Below, piece by piece: positions 26,374 through 36,540 of a stretch of DNA of 64,000 nt (position 1 is its first letter; every line of letters starts with the position of its first letter). The position numbers and the translations under genes are program-made. Source of the DNA: Marispirochaeta sp. Its GTDB lineage: Bacteria; Spirochaetota; Spirochaetia; JC444; Marispirochaetaceae. The stretch is from NCBI GenBank assembly GCA_963676835.2, contig CAXXFF010000002.1, positions 544,001 through 608,000 on the forward strand, read 5' to 3'. The notes below the pieces were generated by a model. The model did not search any database. It saw only the letters and a program-made list of their open reading frames with translations, and was not told where the DNA came from.

Positions 26374-27222
26374 ATGAAGCAACATAATACTTCTGCGGTT
26401 ATTATAAGTATGAGCACTACATATATTGAGAAAATAGCCAGAGAAATGCAGGATCATATGATCTTCCGTAACTATTCACGCCACAGCATTACAGCATACA
26501 TTTCTCACATTCGATCATTTCACAACTTTTGCAGCAATACCAGTGAATCCAACCGCGAAAAACGTATCATTGCGTATATAAATCAATGTCCCCACTCAAG
26601 CAGGACAGTGGCGCGGTCGGCCTTGAAATACCTCTATGTAAATATCCTGAAAATCCCGGTTTCCATTTTAGATGTTAAGGTGCGTCATAGCCAAAAAATC
26701 CCCCCGGTTTTATCACGAGCCGAGGCTATCAGTCTTATCAACTCCATTACAAATTGTAAGCACCGTCTTATGATCGCCCTTTTGTATGGATCAGGATTAA
26801 GGGTAAGCGAAGTTGTCAATTTGAAAGTTGGAGACGTACTTCTTTCGCGTCAAAAGCTTCATATCAGGCAGGCGAAGAACAAAAAAGACAGGATTGTAGT
26901 CCTGTCCGCAGAATTGATGCCCCAGATAATTAACGATATAGCCGGCAGATCACCGAAAGAGTGGCTGTTCTTAAATCAATCTGGAAAGAAATATGCTATC
27001 CGGACAGTTCAGGCTGTTTTCAAAAAAGCCCTTCACAAGTGCAATCTCAACAGAAATGCCAGCTGTCATTCCCTCCGCCATTCGTTTGCAACATCACTGC
27101 TGGAAAATGGTGTGGACATAAGGCTTATACAGGCTCAACTTGGGCACTCAAATCTCAAAACAACCATGCGCTATACAAGGATTTCCGGAGCTATGATTGA
27201 AAATCTTCAATCTCCTTTATAG
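26374..27222 (+). CDS. Integron-like tyrosine recombinase (start may be 26410)
   Basis: N-terminal RNYSRHSITAY SAM-like domain; KIPPVLSRAE; YGSGLRVSE, AKNKKDR, HSLRHSFATSLLENG, LGHSNLKTTMRYT. Confidence 0.92.
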   Translation: MKQHNTSAVIISMSTTYIEKIAREMQDHMIFRNYSRHSITAYISHIRSFHNFCSNTSESNREKRIIAYINQCPHSSRTVARSALKYLYVNILKIPVSILDVKVRHSQKIPPVLSRAEAISLINSITNCKHRLMIALLYGSGLRVSEVVNLKVGDVLLSRQKLHIRQAKNKKDRIVVLSAELMPQIINDIAGRSPKEWLFLNQSGKKYAIRTVQAVFKKALHKCNLNRNASCHSLRHSFATSLLENGVDIRLIQAQLGHSNLKTTMRYTRISGAMIENLQSPL

Positions 27223-27385
27223 CAATTATTACGCAATGCGCAAAATATGCTTCTGTATACAAATCTTTTTGCATAGAGTACAATAAGGTTGAATTAATAC
27301 CAGAAAATAATACTGCCTTAGGCCTGCCGAAGTTTACCTGTTTATTTAACCCTAATGGTGGTAAATTTAGTGAGAGAGTTTTTTT

Positions 27386-29566
27386 ATGCTTTCACGCAAA
27401 GTGATTGTCACATGCTGTTCTCTTTTCTGTGTACTCTCTATATTCACATACGCACAGAGTACCGCAGTAAATCTTGACGAAATGTATGCTTACCCTCTGG
27501 GGTTTTCCGTGGATATCTCAAGTTATTCGCCTGTTGTGGCCCTGGGCACAGATTTTGATTACACCTTCAGTGTTAACGATTTCTCAGCAAAAGCTACATA
27601 TCCATTGCCGCAGCATCCGGTCTGGCAGCCCTATCTTTCTCTGGGCCTGATTTCCTACACATCAACAGATACCGAAAACGAAGCTCAGGCAGATCAATTT
27701 AACCATAATCAGGCATATCTTTCCGGTGGAATTTCCTATCTTACAAAGATGTCAAAGCAGATGGAAATCGGAGTGAGTACCGGCCTTGGGTTGAGTCAAT
27801 CCTATTTTTCAGAATTAGGTGGATCAACGGATACTGTCGGGCAGATGAATCTGCTTGCAGATTTAAACGGCCACCTTGGCCTGAATGTATCTTATAATCT
27901 GCATCTGGCCTTCGAACCGCGAATCCGCTATACAAAAACATTCGGACTTTTAGAGCGCTTTAACGGCGTAACCTTCGGTGTTGGGTTTACCGGCCAATAT
28001 CGTCTTGGAGAAGATCCGGACTCTCCCAAAGCTGAAATTAAGAGTATCCGCTTTCTTGACGGAAAAATCTCCAATATATTTGCAGCTCTTCAGAGTTTCT
28101 ATGTAAACAACAGCATCGGGTCAGTTGCATTCGTAAATGAAGACAAATTTCCCATAACCAACGTGGAAGTCTCTTTTTATCAGGCCGGGTTTATGGATAC
28201 CCCTACACTGCTTAAATCCTTCGATAAAATCGATTCAAAAGAAGAACAGTCTCTCGATATCTTCGCCGCCTATAACACCCGGGTATTTGAAACCGCTGGA
28301 ATCACACCACTTACCGGTGAGCTGGTTGTAGCATATACAAGCCGGGGGCGCAGCTATACTCAGAAACTCCCTCTTACCTATGATATGTACGACAAAGAGG
28401 CCCTTTCCTGGGATGACACACGTAAAGCCGCGGCCTTTGTTACTCCCGCAGACAGTGCCCTCAGAAACTACAGCAGCTATGTTCGCCAAATTTCCAGAGA
28501 ACGAAATATTACCGGCTACAGCGAAGAGATGCAGACCGCCATGCAGATCTATTACGGCCTTAAGGAACTCGGACTTATTTACCAGCTCGATCCAACCAGC
28601 CCCTTTGATCAGGCCCAGGAAAACACCGGCGTAATCGATGCAGTCAGTATTCCGCGAAACACCCTTAAACGACTTACCGGTGACTGTGACGATCTATCTG
28701 TACTCTATTCAAGTCTGCTTGAATCCGCTGGAGTTGAAACCGCCTTTGTAACTGTACCGGGACATATATACGTGGCGTTTAATACAACCGTACCTTCACG
28801 GGATTATCAACTGCTCCATCCATCCCAGAAGATGTCCATAAATATAAAAAATCAGCTCTGGGTTCCTGTGGAAGTAACCATGGTTGGCACCGACGATTTC
28901 TTAACCGCCTGGCGAACCGGTATTCAGCAGTTTACATCTCTGGACAGCAATCCTGATCAGCGGGAAATTATCAATATCCGCCAGTCCCAACAGACTTACC
29001 GGGCAGTGGGGCTTCAGGAAACCGACCTGGGCCTGCAGTACGGAGACTCCCAGACAGTAGCCCGGAACTTTTCCCGGGATGTAAATCAGGTAATCAACGA
29101 AATTATCCAGTCTTACAGTACCATTGCTGAGGAGACAAATAACAAAAGCGGTTTCAACCGGCTGGGAATTGTCAGCGCCATGTTCCGCCGCTACAGCGAA
29201 GCAGAACAGGCATTTAACCGAGCCCTGGCTCTGGACCGGAATTTTCTTTCCGCCCGGATAAATCTTGCAAATGTCTACTTTCAGCGCAATGAATATCAGA
29301 ATGCTCTGCGTATTCTCCATGCGGTGGAAAAGGAATATATTGCCAGCGGCAGAGAACAGTCCCGCAGTCTGCAGATTGTGCTTCTGAACATTTCCCGCTG
29401 TTACTATTCGCTGGAAAACTTCGATATGGCCGAAGATTATCTGGCAAGGCTTAAAGAACTGAACCCGGATCTTGCAAATCAGAACTCGTATCTTGCAGCC
29501 CAGAACGGATCCCGGGCTTCCCGCGGTGGAGCCGATTCGGGTGTTTTGTTTGTGGAGGAAGATTAA
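27386..29566 (+). CDS. Exported protein with beta-strand-rich N-terminus, transglutaminase-like domain and C-terminal TPRs
   Basis: Signal peptide; GDCDDLSVLYSSLLESAG...PGHIY...WVPVEVT; TPR-like FNRLGIV...AEQAFNRALALD. Confidence 0.75.
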   Translation: MLSRKVIVTCCSLFCVLSIFTYAQSTAVNLDEMYAYPLGFSVDISSYSPVVALGTDFDYTFSVNDFSAKATYPLPQHPVWQPYLSLGLISYTSTDTENEAQADQFNHNQAYLSGGISYLTKMSKQMEIGVSTGLGLSQSYFSELGGSTDTVGQMNLLADLNGHLGLNVSYNLHLAFEPRIRYTKTFGLLERFNGVTFGVGFTGQYRLGEDPDSPKAEIKSIRFLDGKISNIFAALQSFYVNNSIGSVAFVNEDKFPITNVEVSFYQAGFMDTPTLLKSFDKIDSKEEQSLDIFAAYNTRVFETAGITPLTGELVVAYTSRGRSYTQKLPLTYDMYDKEALSWDDTRKAAAFVTPADSALRNYSSYVRQISRERNITGYSEEMQTAMQIYYGLKELGLIYQLDPTSPFDQAQENTGVIDAVSIPRNTLKRLTGDCDDLSVLYSSLLESAGVETAFVTVPGHIYVAFNTTVPSRDYQLLHPSQKMSINIKNQLWVPVEVTMVGTDDFLTAWRTGIQQFTSLDSNPDQREIINIRQSQQTYRAVGLQETDLGLQYGDSQTVARNFSRDVNQVINEIIQSYSTIAEETNNKSGFNRLGIVSAMFRRYSEAEQAFNRALALDRNFLSARINLANVYFQRNEYQNALRILHAVEKEYIASGREQSRSLQIVLLNISRCYYSLENFDMAEDYLARLKELNPDLANQNSYLAAQNGSRASRGGADSGVLFVEED

Positions 29567-32500
29567 TGAAAAATCTTCTGAATATTCTACTTATTACAAC
29601 CTTTTCAATCTTCATACTCTCCTGTCCGGAACCGATTTCTCAGGAAGTACTTAATCAGGCGGAAGATACTTACAGCCCGCGAATCTCAGTTTCAGGCCCG
29701 GATAACAACGATATTTACTATTCAGAAACAACCGTTACTGGAACAGTTAGTGATGATGCCATAGAAAACGGTGATTCTCAGGGCGTTATAGATTCATTCA
29801 GTTTTGAAATCCTCTACGATGCGGACCGCCGCGGAGGTATCGTCCGGGAAGGCGGCACCTATGTAATGGATACCGATGTCGGAACCGGGGTTGTCTCATA
29901 CACTCCTGCAACAGGAGCCTTTGAATTTACCGTATCAACAATTACCCCGTCTGTTCTCACCGGCCAGGTAACCCTGAGAATGACAGCAACCGATTCCAAT
30001 GGAAACACAACTATCAGTGACCTGAAACTTCTGGAAAGCAATGGCCCGGTGATCAGCCTGGTGGATCCGGGAACCACAGTTACTGAATTCGATACCGGCG
30101 ATGATATTCCAATCAGCGGCACGGTGGTAAATTCAAATCAGGATTCCGGTGCAGATCAGATAAGCAGAATTTCCTGGAATGCCAACAATGCAATAACCGG
30201 GGATCTCACCCTGGATGGTTCTGATGGAACCTTTACCAGTAACACAAGTCAGGGAATAACCCTCTCATATAATACCAGCACAACGGCGTTCAGTTCTATT
30301 TTGCGGGTCAGTGACACGACAACCGGCTTTTATGTAATCACCGTTGAAGCCGAGGATTTCAACGGGCATGTCACAACGGTATCAAGAACCATTTACCGGG
30401 AAGGTGCGGGCCCGGACTTCGACTTCACCGGCAGTACAAATACCCTGGCGAGCAGCACATACCTCCGTAAAGATGCCTATTCGCCATTTCCCATAGAGAT
30501 CACCTTCGATGATTATACGGAAGTTACCAGTCTCAAATATCAGGGAAAATCCAACGCCGGAGATCCTGCCCTGGATGAAGTCACCCTTTCGCCGCTCCCC
30601 TCTGGTAACACTTACACATTTACTCCCAATTATGGGACATACTTCACAGAGATTCAGGGCTGGCTTGCCACTACCGAGGTTCTCCAGCTGTATGTAACCG
30701 CGGAAAATGCTGAAGGAGAAGAGTCTGTCCATCTCCTTAATATGATGCTCGATTCTCAGGGACCAACCGTAAGTATCGACGGAATCAGCGGCACCAATGC
30801 TTATAACGGCAACACCTACGCCACCGACGGAACAAAAACCATTGATTTCAGCTATAGCGATTCATATTCCGGTATGGATGACATTACTCTGTCTATAACC
30901 GGGCAGACTGTTTCCAATGTTGATCCGCCGACTACAAGTTACGACCAAATCTTCACAACGGGTACAGACGGTGGAACAGTAACCTTTACTCTTTCTGCAG
31001 ATGATGTTGCAGGTAATACCTCGACCGCAACTCAGAACGTCATCTTCTACTTTGATGACCCGACGATCTCATGGGACGATATTACCTCCGGCGGTAATTC
31101 CTATGCAGCCTCGGGCGATACCATAACCCTGGAATTTTCATCAGATCACGTGCTCGATACCCTTCCAACCGCTCAGATCAACGGCGTATCCGCCACAGTA
31201 GCCAGAGTGGATGATACAAACTTCACCGCAGAAGCCTCTCTCAGCAGCGGTTCAAGAATCGATAATGTAGGCATTTCAATAGACAGTGTTACCGATGCCG
31301 CCGGCATCAGTTTGTCCAGCCCCTACACGGCATCAACTACCCTTATTTACGATCCCGTTGCCCCGGTTATTTCCACCGTCAGTTCTTCCCCTACAGCTGG
31401 ATCATCCCTGCAGAAGAACGACTCTGTAACGGTCACCTGGAATGCTTCCACCGACGGCGAAACAGAAATAGCCTCAGTAAGCTTTGATTTTTCAGAACTC
31501 GGCGGCGGAGCAGTCGCCGGCTCATTATCCGGAGGCAGCTGGTCAGCAACCTTCACCGTTACAGACGACGATGTTGAAACAACAGATGCGGACGTACTTA
31601 TTACCGCAACCGATCTAGCCGGTAACAGCAACAGTACTCCATATGAACACGGTTCGTGGATAATCGATACCACCCCGCCGACCATTACCACCGCAAACAT
31701 CAGTCTCAGTGGATCATCAGGTACCGCAGGAACATATACAACCGGCGACACCGTAACCTGTACCTGGGATGCTGCAGCGGACGGCAATACTGACATAGCT
31801 TCTGTTGATTTTGACTTCTCAGATTTTGGCGGCGGGACCGTTCAGGATACAAGCTCTACCGGCGGCTGGTCTGCAACATATACCCTGGTTTCCGGCAGCA
31901 TAGACGCTACCTCCGCGGTTGTAGAGGTTTCCGCATCCGATACCAGCGGAAACGATACATCATCAAATGTTGACAGCAGTCAGGCGAAGGTTGATACAGA
32001 GACACCCAGTATTTCACTGGCCAGGATATCTGTGAACGGTGCATCCGGCACAGGCGGCACGTTTATTACCGGTGATACAGTAAGCTGTTCCTGGAGTGCA
32101 ACCGCAGACGGCGACACAGATATAGATTCTGTAGATTTTGATTTCTCCGACTTCGGCGGAGGCAGTGTTTCCGGTACCTTCTCCAGCGGCAGCTGGTCAG
32201 CATCATATACATTAATTGAGGGGTCTATAGATACCACCACTGCTGTGGTTTCCCTGACTGCTGAGGATGACGCCGGTCTTACAGACATACAGGACAGTAA
32301 TCAGGTTTCTGTGGATACCGACACCCCGGAAATAACCCTGCCCAATATTTCGGTCAGTGGTGCCAGCGGTTCCGGCGGCGAGTTCCTTGCAGGCGATACA
32401 GTTACCGTGACATGGGATGCCGCATCAGATGGTTTTTCAGACATAGATTCAGTGGAATTTGACTTTTCCGATTTCGGCGGAGGCACCCAAACAGATTCAA

Positions 32501-32988
32501 GTTCTACCGGAGGCTGGTCCTCTACTTACACCCTTTTATCCGGTTCTATAGAATCTGCAGCCGCTGTAATCTCCCTTACAGCCGAAGATGATGCAGGCCT
32601 TACCAGCAGTTCTTCAGACAGCAGTAACCAGGCAGTGGATAACCAACTCCCCACCATAACCGGCGGCTCCGTTAACATCACCGACACATCAATCATCGTC
32701 ACCTTTTCAGAAGCCGCATATTCAGCAGCAGACGGCAGTGGTGATCTTGTTGCTGCAGATTTCGACATTTCAATCAGCGGAACCGGTGCTACCGACGCCT
32801 CCATCACTTCTGTATCACATACTGAAGGAGACTCCAGTGCGACTCTGACCATCAGCTACACCGGCACACAGACAGCAGATAATGATATAATAATTACACC
32901 CGCTGACGGCGCATCGGTTTATGATCAGGCGGGGAATCCCATGGACGCAGCACAAACAACCGGCACAATCGATCTGACAGGAAGTTAA
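29566..32988 (+). CDS. Large Thr/Ser/Asp-rich Ig-like-repeat lipoprotein (adhesin-like)
   Basis: ILSC lipobox, repeated D.AGN motifs, four tandem ~105-aa repeats. Confidence 0.8.
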   Translation: MKNLLNILLITTFSIFILSCPEPISQEVLNQAEDTYSPRISVSGPDNNDIYYSETTVTGTVSDDAIENGDSQGVIDSFSFEILYDADRRGGIVREGGTYVMDTDVGTGVVSYTPATGAFEFTVSTITPSVLTGQVTLRMTATDSNGNTTISDLKLLESNGPVISLVDPGTTVTEFDTGDDIPISGTVVNSNQDSGADQISRISWNANNAITGDLTLDGSDGTFTSNTSQGITLSYNTSTTAFSSILRVSDTTTGFYVITVEAEDFNGHVTTVSRTIYREGAGPDFDFTGSTNTLASSTYLRKDAYSPFPIEITFDDYTEVTSLKYQGKSNAGDPALDEVTLSPLPSGNTYTFTPNYGTYFTEIQGWLATTEVLQLYVTAENAEGEESVHLLNMMLDSQGPTVSIDGISGTNAYNGNTYATDGTKTIDFSYSDSYSGMDDITLSITGQTVSNVDPPTTSYDQIFTTGTDGGTVTFTLSADDVAGNTSTATQNVIFYFDDPTISWDDITSGGNSYAASGDTITLEFSSDHVLDTLPTAQINGVSATVARVDDTNFTAEASLSSGSRIDNVGISIDSVTDAAGISLSSPYTASTTLIYDPVAPVISTVSSSPTAGSSLQKNDSVTVTWNASTDGETEIASVSFDFSELGGGAVAGSLSGGSWSATFTVTDDDVETTDADVLITATDLAGNSNSTPYEHGSWIIDTTPPTITTANISLSGSSGTAGTYTTGDTVTCTWDAAADGNTDIASVDFDFSDFGGGTVQDTSSTGGWSATYTLVSGSIDATSAVVEVSASDTSGNDTSSNVDSSQAKVDTETPSISLARISVNGASGTGGTFITGDTVSCSWSATADGDTDIDSVDFDFSDFGGGSVSGTFSSGSWSASYTLIEGSIDTTTAVVSLTAEDDAGLTDIQDSNQVSVDTDTPEITLPNISVSGASGSGGEFLAGDTVTVTWDAASDGFSDIDSVEFDFSDFGGGTQTDSSSTGGWSSTYTLLSGSIESAAAVISLTAEDDAGLTSSSSDSSNQAVDNQLPTITGGSVNITDTSIIVTFSEAAYSAADGSGDLVAADFDISISGTGATDASITSVSHTEGDSSATLTISYTGTQTADNDIIITPADGASVYDQAGNPMDAAQTTGTIDLTGS
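31348..32640 (+). repeat. Four diverged intragenic tandem repeats (~315-330 bp)
   Basis: Repeated GDTVTxTWDAxxDGxxDIxSVxFDFSDFGGG...GGWSxTYTL. Confidence 0.85.
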
Positions 32989-32994
32989 ACCATA

Positions 32995-35900
32995 ATGGAT
33001 GTAAAAAAAAGGCTGTTTCGTTTCCTCGCCACCGCCGGATTATCAGCGGTGGCTCTACTCGCAGGCTGCCGCCGTAATGAAGCTGCCCTGGAAACAGCCT
33101 TACCCGACAAAGATGCCCCCCCTATCGGGACAAGCAGCCAGCCCTACGAACCGGAATCGGTACCCAGGCCTGAAATTGCCGCCACAGAATCTGACAAAAG
33201 TCCTCCACCTGTGGTTTCGCAGATAGAATCACCGGCAGAGACTGCTGCTTCGGTAAAATCGGCAGACCGACCGCAGACTCCATCGGTAATAGCCTCTGAT
33301 ATCACAGCGAAGCAGTCAGTCTACACACCACCGATAATAGCCGCCGATGACGAATGGCCGTTAATGGGAATAGCCAGACCCTATACAGGCGAACTGCAGA
33401 AGCCGAAAGCACCGGCAACAGTCCGACCGCAGCCACAGCCCAAACCGGTACCAGTTCCGGTTATCCCCAAACCGGATCCAATTCTGCCGCCCCAGAAACC
33501 GGCATCTTTTATTAAACCGGAGCCGGAACCTGAGCCTGTAACACCCCAAAAAGAAGAAGAGATCCTTGCAGGACCATTCTTTGAAATAGAAACACCCCTT
33601 TCCGGCAGCTACTATTCAGAAGAGATCATTCTCAAGGGAAAAGTCAGTAACAGCTCTGAGCAGACAGACGAAACAGATAATGTCCTTGGTCTGTACTGGG
33701 CACCGGAAGATGACCCGGAAAATATACGCTATATACTGTTTAACGAAGACGGAACCTTCACCTCATTTATCGATGCTTCCCGTTTTTCCGGTGCACTCAG
33801 ACTGGTATTTACCGCAGAAGACATGCAGCATAATAAGAGTATCCGTAGTATTACCCTCAAAGATGGACGCATTCCTCCGCAAATTAATCTTGAAACCCCG
33901 AAACAGGGTGATTCCTATGGTCCGGCCTTCTATATAAGCGGTACTGTTTCCGATCCTTATGCAGCCGATCCAGCTTTCGGCGAGATCGAAAAGGTAGAAT
34001 ACACACTGTCATCCCTTCTCTACCAGGAGAACGAAGAGGACCTAACCGGATCAGTAGTCCCCGGGAGTGACGGCACTTTTTCCTTTGCAGTTGATTCTTC
34101 CAGCCTTCAGGGTGTTCAGCAGCTGGAAGTCCGTGCTGTCGGCAATAACGGCGTTTCAACCCTGGCAGCCCTTACACTTAATCAGGGAGAAGCTGTAATA
34201 AATAAGTTTACCGCTGTTCCCGCAGACAGTTCCGCCCTTGTCTCCTGGCTGGAACTCCCATTCGTCGACAAGTATACAATAACCTGGACTCCATATTCCG
34301 GAGGAGTTCAGACAGGTCCGTCACTGTCAGCAACAGCCGCGTCCTCTCCTGCCCGTCTGGAACCACTGGAAAACGGTCTGAATTATCAAATTCGGGTCGA
34401 CACAGAAATAAACGGTAAACTGATAAGCAGCCGGAGCATACAGCTTCTGCCTCTTACAGCGGAAGACCTTCGTCCATCTCTTGTACCCGACTATCAGCGG
34501 ATTACTGTTCAGTGGAAACCGGTTCCCGGCGCAGGAGCATATGATGTTTTGCGGTCTACAAACCCGGACGGTACCAATGCTGAAATCCTTGCTACAGGCA
34601 TCGAAGAATCAAGTTTTATCGATTACACAAGTGAATTCGGAACTACCTACTATTATGCTGTTCAGCCATCCGACACTATCAGCATTTGCAGCCTTTTCTC
34701 CGCCGCGGAAAGCCTTGAGTCGCCGGTTCAGAAGCTTGAAGTGGTCAACCGGACACCACAGTTCACCAAAGGACGCCTTTTCTCTCTTGGAGGCTACATC
34801 TACTATGCAGACACCGACGGCGGACTTAATATCATCGATGTCTCCCTACCTGGCAGTCTTACCCCGGTAGGCTCAATAGAGACAGAAGGTGCGTCAGGTC
34901 TAACTGTAAGCAAAGACTACGCATTTCTTGCAGAACGGGAACGGGGTTATAAGATAATCAACATAAGTGACCCCAGGTCACCTTATGAGGTGAACCGCAC
35001 AAAAACATCAAACGCAATGGATGCAGCCTGGTTTAATGATGTACTATATATAGCCGACGGCGAAACCGGCTTAAAGGTATTCGATGTCTCCGACCCCCTC
35101 TATCCTTCCGAAGCGTACAGGGTTCTTCTCCCGGAAACACGGAAAGTACTGGTTTCCGGCGAAACCCTGTTTGTATTAACCGCTGAAAATCTCCGGATCT
35201 ATTCCTGTCAGAACCCGTTAAGGCCTGAAGAATTGTCAGTTCTGCCTCTGAAAAACCCTGAGGATATCGCTTTAAGTGAGAACGGCAGCACAGTATACAT
35301 TATTCAAAACAGAACAGCCCTGATAATCGCCGATGTCCAGGACTCCACAACCCCTCAGCTGCTCACTTCAATTGATCTGCCAGGCGCCCTGAATATAGAT
35401 GTGCAGCGTGATTTTGCCTTTATTTCTCTGGGCGACCAGGGCTTTCAGGTTATTGATGTCCGGGACCCGGCGTCGCCTTATCTCTTTGATCAGGAAAAGA
35501 TGAGCAGCGTTACCGATCTGGCCCTGAACGGAACGACTCTTTTTACCTGCGGAGCCGAAGGCATTCAGCGCTACTCTGCCTATCTCTACGGTAACTCCTA
35601 TGAAACAGCCCAGATTAAACTGGACAATGTGGTTCACAGCCTGACACTTACCGGTAAAACTCTCTATGCCGCCAAAAACGAAGCAGGTATGTCTGCAGTT
35701 TCTCTGGAAAGCGCCGATTTCTCCGCCGTATCAGAAGTCCCTTTCTGGCGGGGATATGCCTCAGACAGCCTGCAGCTTTCAGACTATACTCTGGTCGCCG
35801 CCGGGAAGGACGGGGTTGCTGTATTCAGTTCGAAAGAAAATACCGGCAGTCCGGTTTTTATCGCCGCAACGGAAAATTCTGCTGTCCGTATTGCAGATGC

Positions 35901-36507
35901 GGGAAACGGATTTATTGCAGTTCTTAAAGAGGATTCCGGTATCGGATTTTACAACAGCAGGGATTTTTCTGTCCCCGAATCCGGCGGCTTAGCCGTATTA
36001 CCTGCCGAACCCGCAGCATTTATACCTCTCGAGGACCCGAGAGATCTCCTTGTTCACGGGAATATACTTATTGCAGCGGATAATAATCTGGGCCTTCTCA
36101 CCTTCGATATTTCCAGCTGCGACAAACCGGAACTGCTTTTCCCCTTGAAAGTCCCCCATGTAAAAACGCTGACCTCCATCAACGACCTCATCGCTGCCGG
36201 TGGTGCCGACGGCATTGAAATTGTTCAGTTGGAAGATAACGGCAGCCTCACCACTCTTTACTCACTGGATATTCCCATGGTTGAAGGGCTGACCAGCGAC
36301 AGCAGCTACATCTATGTTGCCCAGGGTGTAAATGGGATAAAAGTCATAGACCCCTTCGCCCAGAGAGGCCCCCGGGTGGTCAGCGAATCCCCCTGGATAT
36401 ATTCAACAGATATAGTTATCGATGGAAGTACTGCGTACTCGGCATCAGGAAACATAATTAGAAAAGTACATATAGTAGTTCCCCCCTGGCTTAAAAGCAG
36501 AGATTAA
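32995..36507 (+). CDS. Lipoprotein with Pro-rich linker, Ig/FN3-like domains and LVIVD-type repeats
   Basis: LLAGC lipobox, PQPKPVPVP tract, WKPVPGAGAYDVLRS...YYYAV, YIADGETGLKVFDVSDP repeats. Confidence 0.8.
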   Translation: MDVKKRLFRFLATAGLSAVALLAGCRRNEAALETALPDKDAPPIGTSSQPYEPESVPRPEIAATESDKSPPPVVSQIESPAETAASVKSADRPQTPSVIASDITAKQSVYTPPIIAADDEWPLMGIARPYTGELQKPKAPATVRPQPQPKPVPVPVIPKPDPILPPQKPASFIKPEPEPEPVTPQKEEEILAGPFFEIETPLSGSYYSEEIILKGKVSNSSEQTDETDNVLGLYWAPEDDPENIRYILFNEDGTFTSFIDASRFSGALRLVFTAEDMQHNKSIRSITLKDGRIPPQINLETPKQGDSYGPAFYISGTVSDPYAADPAFGEIEKVEYTLSSLLYQENEEDLTGSVVPGSDGTFSFAVDSSSLQGVQQLEVRAVGNNGVSTLAALTLNQGEAVINKFTAVPADSSALVSWLELPFVDKYTITWTPYSGGVQTGPSLSATAASSPARLEPLENGLNYQIRVDTEINGKLISSRSIQLLPLTAEDLRPSLVPDYQRITVQWKPVPGAGAYDVLRSTNPDGTNAEILATGIEESSFIDYTSEFGTTYYYAVQPSDTISICSLFSAAESLESPVQKLEVVNRTPQFTKGRLFSLGGYIYYADTDGGLNIIDVSLPGSLTPVGSIETEGASGLTVSKDYAFLAERERGYKIINISDPRSPYEVNRTKTSNAMDAAWFNDVLYIADGETGLKVFDVSDPLYPSEAYRVLLPETRKVLVSGETLFVLTAENLRIYSCQNPLRPEELSVLPLKNPEDIALSENGSTVYIIQNRTALIIADVQDSTTPQLLTSIDLPGALNIDVQRDFAFISLGDQGFQVIDVRDPASPYLFDQEKMSSVTDLALNGTTLFTCGAEGIQRYSAYLYGNSYETAQIKLDNVVHSLTLTGKTLYAAKNEAGMSAVSLESADFSAVSEVPFWRGYASDSLQLSDYTLVAAGKDGVAVFSSKENTGSPVFIAATENSAVRIADAGNGFIAVLKEDSGIGFYNSRDFSVPESGGLAVLPAEPAAFIPLEDPRDLLVHGNILIAADNNLGLLTFDISSCDKPELLFPLKVPHVKTLTSINDLIAAGGADGIEIVQLEDNGSLTTLYSLDIPMVEGLTSDSSYIYVAQGVNGIKVIDPFAQRGPRVVSESPWIYSTDIVIDGSTAYSASGNIIRKVHIVVPPWLKSRD

Positions 36508-36540
36508 AAGCAGAGTATAAAAAATGTATGGAGTCAAACT

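Noticed and set aside
26374..27222. Calling the recombinase xerC/xerD or intI
   Set aside because: Context is a cassette array near the probable origin rather than a housekeeping locus, and the IntI-specific insertion seems absent, so no symbol is justified without a phylogeny.
33003..33010. A8 tract near the start of the 1170-aa lipoprotein as a phase-variation switch
   Set aside because: Short and explained by Lys codons in a signal-peptide n-region.
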